From NCBI RefSeq assembly GCF_016432865.1, contig NC_067400.1, positions 624,030,001-624,094,000 of the forward strand: a stretch of 64,000 bases of DNA, read 5' to 3'. Of the stretch, positions 37,509 to 52,830 are shown one piece after another. Under the pieces are notes generated by a model. The model was not told where the DNA came from, did not search any database, and was given only the letters and a program-made list of their open reading frames with translations. Positions within the stretch are counted from its first letter, which is position 1. Each line of letters begins with the position of its first letter. The stretch is from Antechinus flavipes (lineage: Eukaryota). Made by a program: the position numbers and the translations under genes.

Positions 37509-40500
37509 ATGGCAGGCACCCCACTCCTGCATGGGGAGTTTGGCTCCTATCCGGCCCGAGGCCCCCGCTTTGCGCTGACACTCACCCCAGTGGCCTTGCA
37601 TGTGCAGCGGCTGCGCCCCAGACCGGAGGCCTGGCCCCAGGGGGGCCTGGTCCCTCTGGCTGAGGTCTCCGGTTGCCGGACCTTGCGCAGCTGCTCCCCT
37701 AACGACTCTGCTGCTTACCTGTGTGTCTACACTTATCCCCGGGGCCGGCGGGGGGGCCGCCGGCGGGCAGCTCGGACCTTCCGGGCTGACCGGGCCCCCG
37801 ACTACAAGGAGAATCACGCAGAAGCCCAGCGCTGGGCCACTGCTCTCACCTGCCTACTTCGAGGGGTGCCCTTGCCTGGGGACCTTGGTGAGCTGCAGGG
37901 CCAGGGTGGGCACAGGCCACCCGGGGGGAGGGAGTCCAGAAGGAACATGGGGGCTCCAGGTGGATGAGCGGGACCTGGGTTCACAGGGGAACGGAGTGAG
38001 AGGTCAGGGCCTGAGGAGATGGATGCTGGGGGCAGGCCTAGAGCCCCTGGAAGGGGGGGTGCCCATGAGTGGGGGACATGGAAGGGCCGAGAGCCTGCCG
38101 CAGGGAGGGGGGCAAAGATGGGGGTGACCCGAGCAGAGGAGTCCGGAGCCCCCGGTGGAAGGGCCCCCAGGAGGGAGAGGCCGAAGCCTGAGGAGCCCAG
38201 GAAGAAACACACCAGAGGGGCTGTTGGCTTGCTGCGCGCTCCACCTGGGGCCTGTCTGTGTCTGCCTCTCCCGGAGGGTCTATCCCCCTCTCTGTGTGTG
38301 TCTCTCTCCCTCTCGGTGTCTCTGTCTCTGTGTCTCTCCCAGACACACACACACAGACACAGCTGACTCTGCAGCTCTTTGTGTTTCTGCATTTCTGAGG
38401 GCAGACACCCAGGAGCCCCAAGAGGGTGGGCCCCAAACCCCATCCGTGGGGCTGGAACAGAGGCCTTTTGGCCCTAGGAGTCTCTGTCCCCCCCACTTCC
38501 AAGGCTGGCTTCTTTACACTCCCCCAGCCCTCCTCTGGGTGCCTGCCCCCCACCCTCATGGGGGGGATGGCTACAGGGGTGGGGAGCGATCCTGTGGCCT
38601 GGGAGGACTCCCTCTCAGTCTTTCTGTCTCCCCACCTGCCTCCCAGGGCTCTCTTTCTGTCTGGGTGATTGAACACCTGGGGATTAGGTGGGTGGGTCGC
38701 TGTAAGCCAAGAACAATTAGCTCCCCTTTCTCTGCCCACAACACCCCCACGTCTGGGCCGGGCGCCAGGACACCTGGGTCCAAAGAACGGAGGCGATGAA
38801 ATATCAGCCCTCCCCATTGTTCCCCGTTGGGGTGGGTGGTGTGGGAGATGCTGGGGCCTGGGAGGGGAGGGGGTAGGGGGGAAGGGAAGAGGATGCCAGG
38901 GCCTGCCTCAGAGAGAAGGGTCACGTGGGCGCCTGGGGGTCTCCAGAGGGTGGGCAGGGAGAACCTGGAACCACAACTCCCAGCGGGCCTGGGCTCGCCG
39001 GGCTCCCTGCCGGAGGGAGCTGGGCCCCGAAGCCTTCTGGGAGTTGTAGTGTCTCGCTTCCAGGACGGTTGACACCTTTTGTTGTCCCTTTGCGCCAGAG
39101 ATCACACCGGAGCTCTTGCCCCGGCCCCCGCGGCTGCTCCTATTGGTCAATCCCTTTGGGGGGCGGGGCCTGGCCTGGCAATGGTGTAAGAACCACGTGC
39201 TGCCTATGATTTCCGAAGCGGGCCTTTCCTTCAACCTCATCCAGACGGGTGAGCTCGGGTCTGGTGGGGGTGGGGGTGCCGGGGACCTCGAGGCGGGGCG
39301 AAGGGCGGCTGGCTGGGGCCCGTCCCCCTCTCACGCGTCCGGGCGCTCCTCTCCCCAGAGCGGCAGAACCACGCCCGGGAGCTGGTGCAGGGGCTGCGCC
39401 TGAACGAGTGGGACGGGATCGTCACCGTCTCCGGGGACGGCCTCCTGTACGAGGTGAGTTGGGACCGGGGCCCCTGCGGCCGAGCTGGGGGCCCGGGCAG
39501 CCCCCCCCTCAGCCTCCCGGGGCCCGGGAAGCCCCCCCTCAGCCTCCCGGGGCCCGGGCAGCCCCCCCCCCCTCAGCCTCCCGGGGCCCGGGCAGCCGTC
39601 CCCCCCCCCCCCCCCCCCCCCCCCGCCCGCCTCTTGGGGCACCCACGCAGCCTCCGTCTGCCCACAGGTGGTGAACGGGCTCCTGGACCGGCCAGACTGG
39701 GAGGAAGCCGTGAAGATCCCGGTGGGAGTCCTGCCCTGCGGCTCCGGCAACGCTCTGGCTGGAGCCATCAATCAGCATGGGGGGTAGGCAGGGGGCCTCC
39801 CCTTGGGCTCCTCCCTCCCGGCCCGTGGGTCAGGATGTCTCGGCAGCTCCGCCCCTTCCCTCCCTCTCCGGCAGGTTCGAGCCCGCCATCGGCCTAGATC
39901 TGCTGCTCAACTGCTCCCTGCTCATGTGCCGCGGGGGCGGCTCCCCGCTGGACCTGCTCTCGGTCACCCTGGCCTCCGGAGCCCGCTGCTTCTCCCTCCT
40001 CTCCGTGGCCTGGGGTTTCGTGTCCGACGTGGACATTCAGAGCGAGCGCTTCCGGGTCCTGGGCCCGGCCCGGTTCACCCTAGGCACGGTGCTTCGGCTG
40101 GCTTCCCTCCACGTCTACCCGGGCCGTCTCTCCTACCTCCCGGCCTCCCCCCCGGCCTCCAACGGCCCCCCGGCTGCACCCCAGCCCCTTCCCCGCGCTG
40201 CCTCCGAGCTGGCCCTGGCCCCGGCCCCGGCTTCGGCCCCTTCGCCAGAAACACACTCCCCCTTGCACCGCTCTGTGTCAGACCTGCCTCTGGCCCGAGG
40301 GCCGGACTTCCCCCGTGGGCCCCAGGAAGACCCCTCGCCCTCCCCGCCCCCTTCCCCAGGGCCCTGCCTCCTGTCCCCTGACCCGCCCCTCCCCCCTGGG
40401 CCTCCCTCCCTGGGCCACAGCCCCCCGGGCTCTCCGGCCTCTCAGACAGGGGCCTCCTGTGGGCTCCCTCCCTCAGAAGGGCCTCGGGAACCCCCGGCCC

Positions 40501-41075
40501 CCATGAAGGCCCCGGCGTCCCCCGACACACAGACTTCCCCGGATCCCGCGGCTTCTCCCGATTCGGAGTCCCCTGCCCCCGGGACCCTCCACGGCCCCAA
40601 GGATGACCTGTTGCCCCCCCTTGGCTCCCCGCTGCCCCCAGGCTGGGTGACCCTGGAGGGTGACTTTGTGTTGATCCTGGCGCAGTCCCCGAGCCACCTG
40701 TGCGCTGACCTGGTGGCGGTCCCCAATGCCCGGTTTGGGGACGGGCTGGTGCACTTGTGCTGGGTTCGAGGAGGGGTTTCCAGGGCCTCCCTGCTGCGAC
40801 TCTTTCTGGCCATGGAGAAGGGGGGCCACTTTGGCCTGGGCTGTCCCCAGCTAGGCTACGCTACCGCTCGAGCCTTCCGCCTGGAGCCGCTCACGCGCCA
40901 CGGCATCCTCACAGTGGACGGGGAACAGGTGGAGTACGGGCCTCTCCAGGCCCAGATTCACCCCGGCCTGGGGACCCTGCTCACAGGTCCCGAGGCCCCG
41001 GGATCCCAGCTGGCCGGGGGGGAGGCCTGGGGGCCCAAGTGTGGCCCGGTCCCCTGGGGAGGGGGCAAAGTCTAG
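37509..41075 (+). CDS. SPHK2: Sphingosine kinase 2, 5 coding exons, 646 aa
   Basis: Exons 37509-37887, 39099-39248, 39359-39453, 39668-39783, 39875-41075; total 1941 nt. Motifs LLVNPFGG, SGDGLLYEV, LPCGSGNAL, SDVDIQSE and VDGEQV; basic NLS RGRRGGRRR. The acceptor of the first coding exon is at 37430. Confidence 0.96.
39494..39600. repeat. ~33-bp C-rich minisatellite in an SPHK2 intron, followed by a poly-C run
   Basis: GGGCAGCCCCCCCCTCAGCCTCCCGGGGCCC repeated 3-4 times. Confidence 0.85.
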
Positions 41076-41569
41076 CCTGAGCCTGGCTGGCAGGAAGTCT
41101 AAGCGGGCCCGGGCCTGCTTGTTGGGGGGAGGCCGGCCAGCCTGAGCCAGCAGGTCCACGGCTTCCCTGTCCGGGCCCAGGCCCGGGGGGGAGGGGTGGC
41201 CTCTGCTGGAGGACGGAGCGCTGCCCCGCGGCCACTGGCCCGTTCCTCTCACCTCAGGGGACGAGGCTGGTCACCCAGAGCCAGCCTCCACACAGGGACC
41301 AGGCTGGAGATAGGGTCTCCAGGACCTCCTGAGGGCAGAGCCTCCCCCTCCTCAGCCCCATGATGGGACCCAGAATGTGGGGGGCACCGACGGCAGACTG
41401 CCTTCCTTGGGCCCCCAGACGGGGGTGCCCCTTCTGCCTCCTTTGCTCCTGGTGAGCATCCCCCCCCCCGTTCTTTTGCACTAGGACCTCCTCCCTGAGG
41501 AGTGGGGCAGACCCCTGCCCCAGTTTCCCTCCTCTACCCCAGTGGTCTTCAAGGCTACAGCCTCTATGC

Positions 41570-41575
41570 AATAAA
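41570..41575 (+). terminator. SPHK2 polyadenylation signal AATAAA
   Basis: First AATAAA after the stop, about 500 nt downstream. Confidence 0.75.
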
Positions 41576-41722
41576 CAGTAACTACGCTTGCTTCAGCCCT
41601 TTGGCCCTTCCTACGTCGGGGGGAGGGGGGATCACTTTACAGATGGGGGGGAGCTGGGGAAAGGGCCTGCCCGGGTCCCGAGGTTCCAGCCCCCCATGCA
41701 GCAGATGCTCAGCTTCTCATGG

Positions 41723-41728
41723 TTTATT
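41723..41728 (-). terminator. DBP polyadenylation signal AATAAA
   Basis: Plus-strand TTTATT about 550 nt after the DBP stop. Confidence 0.75.
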
Positions 41729-42281
41729 GGAGTTATTCAGTTGGAGAGGGCCAGGGAGCAAAGGAATGGGAAGGGGGGCCCCCCCAACTCCCGCATCCTC
41801 CCCCCACTCATCTCAGAGGAGGAGGAGGGGTCTGTACTTTTTTCTTAAAAAATATATATATATATATAGATAGATTTATCATCATCTCAGCACCGTGCCC
41901 TACTGATCCCTGGGCCTTAGCCCCTCGAGGAGCCCAGACGGCCCATCCCCGGCCATACTAGTGGGCAGGCAGGGGGCAGAGTTCAAGGGAGAGTAATGGG
42001 GCTGCCGCGGGACGCTTCCCCGGGGCTGGCCCCTCAGTCCTGGCCAGGGAGGAAGGGGTGTCTTGCAGCCCGGGGAGGGGGCCAAGTCTGCCCAGGGCCA
42101 CAGTGTTCCTGGGAAGAGCCTGCTGGTCCCAGTGTGCCAAGAACTTGGGGTTGTGGGGCCCAGGGCCTCCCCAAAGGAGAATGTTCTGGGGTGGAGGTGG
42201 GAGCCGGCAACCAGTGGGGACCAGGAGGCAGTGTCCGGAAACGGGGAGGCCGGGGTGGGGCCTGGGGGCGCTGGGGAGGCG

Positions 42282-45035
42282 TCACAGGGCCCCGTGCTGG
42301 GCCTGGTAGCGCGACAGCACGGCGCGGTAGTGGGAGAGCTCCTGGCGAACGGCGACCACCTCCTGTCTGAGCAGGGCGTTCTCCTTCTCCAGGAAGGCCG
42401 CCCGCACCGAGATCTGGTTCTCCTTCAGCCGCCGCGCGTCCCGCGAGCGCTTGGCCGCCTCGTTGTTCTTGTAGCGCCGGCTCCAGTACTTCTCGTCCTG
42501 GGGGGGCGGGCAGGCGGGGTTGGGGGTGCGGACGAGGCCGGCCCTCCGGGCGGCCCGCAGCCCAAAGCTTGGGGAGACTCGGCTGGCGGCCGACCAGCCA
42601 GAAGGGCAGCGGCGCTCCGCCAGGGCTGCCCTCGTGGGGCAAAGGAACCGGGGCTCGGGGAGGGGAAGGGCTGGCCCGACACCAGGTGGCCCCCAAAGCC
42701 CCTCACCCCCTGGGGTACAGCGAGGCTGGTCCCCCAAAGCAGGCTCACCTTCTGCTCCTCTGGCACCTGAATCTTCCGAGCCTTCTTCATGATGGGCTGC
42801 GGCTTCAGCTCCTCCTCAGAGAAGCGGTGCTTCCGGGGGTCAAAGGTGTCCTGGCCTGGGACGCTGGACAGGGCCAGGTCGGCCGGGTCGGGGTCAAAAG
42901 TCATCAGCACCTCCACCGACTCCGGGTCCACCGGGCTGGGGGTGTCCCGGGAGGCCGGGCCTGAACAAGAGTGAGGAGGGGCACAGTGAGCAATGCGGGG
43001 TCCCCGAAGCTCCCGGCTTGGGCTGCTCTGAGGGGCCTGACTCTGGGGTCACCGTGTCCATTCCCTGTCTCCTCCTTCCCCCACACCGAACAGAACTTGG
43101 GCAGTGAGGGGGCGAGGGAAGTCCTTCCGGCAGTCTCGCCAGCAGCGCTCCTGCTGCTTCCCCAGACCCGTCCTAGGGGCCTGGGAGAGAGAACAGAAAG
43201 GACGGGACCCAGAGGGCCTCCCCACTAGGAAGAGCAAGGCGCATGCGCACACCCTTCCCCTCCGCCTGCCGGGGCCAGCCGAGGACAAGGCTGCTGGGGA
43301 GGGGGGGGGGGGTGAGGGGAGGAGTCACGTGTCTAGGCATCCTCCGCTCCCGCCCCCGCCGCACGTGACCGCGCGCCGCTCGGGGCTGCCTGCCCTGGGG
43401 AATGGGGAGGGGCTCACGTGGGCCCTGAGTGTGAGGCTGCGGCCCCGGGCGGGGCCTGGCCAGGGAGGACACAGAAGACTTGCCGGGCCGAGGTACTCCA
43501 GTTCCCGGCAGGCCCCGCGGCAGAAACTCGGGCGAAGAGCGAGCGGCCTATCTTAAGGGCTGCTGGGAGCTGTAGTTCAAACATCGCCTGGCCCAGACCT
43601 CACTGGAGGGGCTGGCGGATGGGCCGCCCCCTCGGGGATCTTGCCCTCCCCCCCCCCCCCCCGGGGCCCCGTATCTCCCCTCTCCTTTCCCTCGCCCTGG
43701 CGCACCTGCGCGCTGGGAGCCCGAGCCACCTGCGCCTAGGGCCCTGGGGCCCAATACGTGTCCCCCCGAGGTCAGCCGTGGAGAGGCCGGCGTGGGCGTT
43801 GGCACTGGGGAGGAAGAGCTGGACGGGGCCGGGGACGAGGAGCCCGAGGAACAGGACGGGGCGGCGGCGTTAGGGGCAGGGGCTGCGCGGGGCGGCGGCG
43901 GCCCAGGGTCCGGAGGGCTGGGCGGCAGCCCGTGCTCCAGCAGAAAGGCGTCCAGGTCTACGTCGTCCACGTCGCCGAAGGGCAGGGGCCGCTCCCACAG
44001 CAGGGAGGCCAGCAGAGCTCCGGGACCCGGGCCCGAGCGGGGCCGGCCCGAGACCCCTAAAAGGCCGCCCACTTCCTCGCTGCCGCCGGCCGCCGCCTTG
44101 CGCTCCTTGTCCTTTAGGAGACCTAGCGAAGAGACGGGGCGGACGGGGGAAGGGGGGTAAAGGAGGGGAAAGAAGGGGGCGGGGCGCAGAGCGGCACAGG
44201 GACAGCAAGTCACACGCAGACGGGGCACAGGGGCAGCGAGTCACGGACACGCGCAAAGTGGGACAGACGCAGAGAGGGACAGTGAGATGCAGAGCGAGAC
44301 GCGCAGAACGAGGCGGAGGGGGGAGGGAGTACAACGATTACACAAACGCAGGGGGTGCAGAGGCCGGACAGCGCCCCGGAAATGGGGAGTCAGGAAAGGA
44401 CCGAGGGAAAGCCCCGGGGGGCGATCCATGGGGCATCCAGCCCGAAACAGGGGCGCAGGCAGAGGAGTAAGATGGCACAGAGGGACCGGGCAGGAGAGGC
44501 AGTTGAGGATCCGTGCGGGGACACAGCAGCAGCTCGGAGAGGGAGCGGGACGCGCACGGAGGGCCACCGAGAGGCAGAGGCGCGGGGCAGGGGACGACAC
44601 GGGAGGGGGACACGCAGGGAAGAGCAAGGGCAGGGTCAGCGACTTCTGACCTAGACTCCCCTGAGCCCTTCGCACCCATCCCCAAGGCCCGGGCTTTCCT
44701 CTTTGCGCCCCCCGAAGGGGCACGAACCGGCGGGCAGGGCCAGGAGAGGGCTCCGCCCCGTCTTGGGCCCGCGGCCCCATGTGACCCCGGGAAGCCCCGC
44801 CCCGGCCCGTGTCCGAGCCTTGTGAGCTCCCGACCCCCGCCCGCCCATAGCCGCTGGGGTCCCGGGGGAGAAGGGGACGCCTGGGTCCCGCCGCGGGACA
44901 CTCACAACTGGCCGGCGGCTCCTTGGTCTTCCCGGGCCCCTGCAGGAGGCTTCGCAGGCCGTGCAGCGCCGCGCCTCCCGCCGGGCCGCCCAGCAGCTGT
45001 GGGGCCGGGGACCTGTCGCTCGAGGGCCTCGCCAT
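42282..45035 (-). CDS. DBP: D-box binding PAR bZIP transcription factor, 4 exons, 324 aa
   Basis: Exons 45035-44906, 44122-43706, 42960-42749, 42497-42282; total 975 nt. PAR region [17 protein letters not shown] and b[32 protein letters not shown]. Confidence 0.97.
43239..43576. promoter_or_regulatory. DBP intron 2 enhancer: three CACGTG E-boxes, an NRF1 palindrome and a ZNF143-type motif
   Basis: CACGTG at 43326, 43362 and 43415; GCGCATGCGC at 43239-43248; TGCTGGGAGCTGTAGT at 43561-43576. Confidence 0.8.
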
Positions 45036-45239
45036 CCCCCGGGGGCTGGGGGCCGTCACCGGCTCATGGGCGACGAGGCTGCACCTTTGGAGACTTCGGG
45101 CTAGCAGTTGCCGCGGTGCCCCGGGGCAGAGACCCTTGCCAACCCCGGCTCGCTTATGCGTAGGAGCCAGGCGTCCGTGGCAGCTCGCAGACCCCCGGGT
45201 GGGCCGGGCGAGCGCCTGTCTGCAAGGGGCTCTGGCGAG

Positions 45240-45980
45240 GCCAGGTGCCGGCGGGCGAGCGGGCAGCGGCGGGCGCCCTGTGCTTTAAAGCCCGCGAGCC
45301 TGAGCTCGTGCACATCGGAGGCGCTTGGCAAGCCTGCACGGGGGAGGCGTGTGTGTATGTGTGTCTGTCGGAGTGTGCAACGGGGATGGAGGCTGGCCGA
45401 GAAGCAGGCGGAGCCAAAGGCGCAGCAAACTTCTTTGGATGCAAAAGAAAAAAAAAGCAGGCTGGGGGAGGGAGCGGGGTGTGGATTGGTGCAGGCCCCA
45501 CGGCGGCCTCTCTGCCTGCCCCAACCCCGCTCGCCCCTCCTTCTACGGGCCTGGCCTCGCCTCGTGCCTCGTGGCCCCTCCTCCCCTCCCGCCCGCCCTG
45601 CCTTCCCTAGCTCTATATTCACCGGCCAATCAGGTGCGGGCTGGGGAAATGACCGACCAATGGGGATGCTCCTGCCTCGAGCCTGCTCCCTGGCTCGTTT
45701 TCATTTCCCCCCCCAGCGCGTGGCGGGGAGGGAGCGGGGCGGAGCCCTGACCTAGATTCCTCCAATGAGGATGGGCGCTGTGACCCAGATGGGGACAATG
45801 GGGCGGGGCGGGAGGTGGGGTGGGGGGAGCACGTGGCCCTGCGCGTGCCACCCGCCAAATCCTGAGGACTGGAGGGAGGTTGCAATTTGTGAGAGGCGGG
45901 GGAGTTGTTAAAGGGGCCGTGGCCAGCTGGGGGAGCGGAGCCCCAAAACCTTCGGCTTACGGAGAGGGTTACGTCATCCT
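45240..45980 (-). promoter_or_regulatory. DBP promoter region
   Basis: TATA-like TTTAAA at 45284, CCAAT boxes near 45485, 45626, 45657 and 45762, E-box CACGTG at 45830, and GTTACGTCAT at 45968. Confidence 0.7.
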
Positions 45981-46060
45981 TCTGCCGTTCCCCATATACC
46001 CCTTTTCCCCAAGCCCTCGGACCCCAGCTTCTCCAACTACACAAGAACGTGTTCTGCTTC

Positions 46061-46066
46061 TTTAAT
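46061..46066 (-). terminator. CA11 polyadenylation signal ATTAAA
   Basis: Plus-strand TTTAAT about 53 nt after the CA11 stop. Confidence 0.7.
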
Positions 46067-46118
46067 AGATTTAGCTTTTGCGGGTGGGGGGGGGGGGGAA
46101 GGCAAGCAGGTCCTCTTC

Positions 46119-51941
<5,823 letters not shown>

Positions 51942-52409
51942 CACTCCGGCTCACACGTCCAGGCAGCCAGGCCTTCGGGGGTCTCTTCTCCCCTCCCCCC
52001 TTCCCCGCCCCCGGCCCTCTTCTGTCTCTGTCTCCCTGTCTCTCGGGGGATGGTGTCTCTGCCTCTCCTGCTTTCCAACACACCCCTTCTCACCCCTCCC
52101 CACCCCAGTCAAGGGGCCTGTGGTCTCCAAGTACCCCGACAGTGGAGGGGGCTCTTCCCCCTGCTCCGAGCCTGCCCCTGCCCCTTCCCTGTCTTTTCCT
52201 CCCTTTAGTCAGCCTCTCGCTTTCTTTTCTCCCGTCTCTTCCGATTTTTTCTTTCTCTCTCTCTGTAACTACCTTCCCCTCCTCTGTCTTCTCTTTCCCT
52301 GTGTCTGTCTCTGGCTTTCTGTCTCTCACTCCTTCCTCCCCTCTTTCCTGCTCTGTATCTGCTCCCTTTCTGTCTTTTTTCTTCCTCAGTTCATTCCTTC
52401 TTTATAAAC

Positions 52410-52440
52410 CTCAAATTCTCCTCTCTCTCTCTCTCTCTCC

Positions 52441-52498
<58 letters not shown>

Positions 52499-52830
52499 GA
52501 TGTTTCCCCCTTTTACCTGCACCTCTCTTCCCACCCTACTCAGCTTTGCCTCTGTCCCTCTTCCCTCCCTGCCTAGATCTCTCCCCACCTCTTATTTTTC
52601 TCTCCCTCTCTCTACCTTCCTCTCTCAATCCTACCTTCCCCACCTTCTCTCTGGATTCTCTCTCCCTCTCCTCCCCCCTCCCCTCTCTCTGCCCCCTCCC
52701 TTTCTCCCCTGCTTCTCTCTCCCTCCCCCTCCCTCTCCCTCTCTTTGCCCCTCCTCTCCCCTGTTTCTCTCTCCAGTTTCTTGCTTCTCCCTCCCTTCCC
52801 CCCTTCTTTCTCTGTGTCTCTCTTGGTTTG
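52410..52830. repeat. (CT)n microsatellite plus extended polypyrimidine tract upstream of the CA11 ATG
   Basis: About 40 CT units at 52415-52496, then CT-rich low complexity. Confidence 0.92.
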
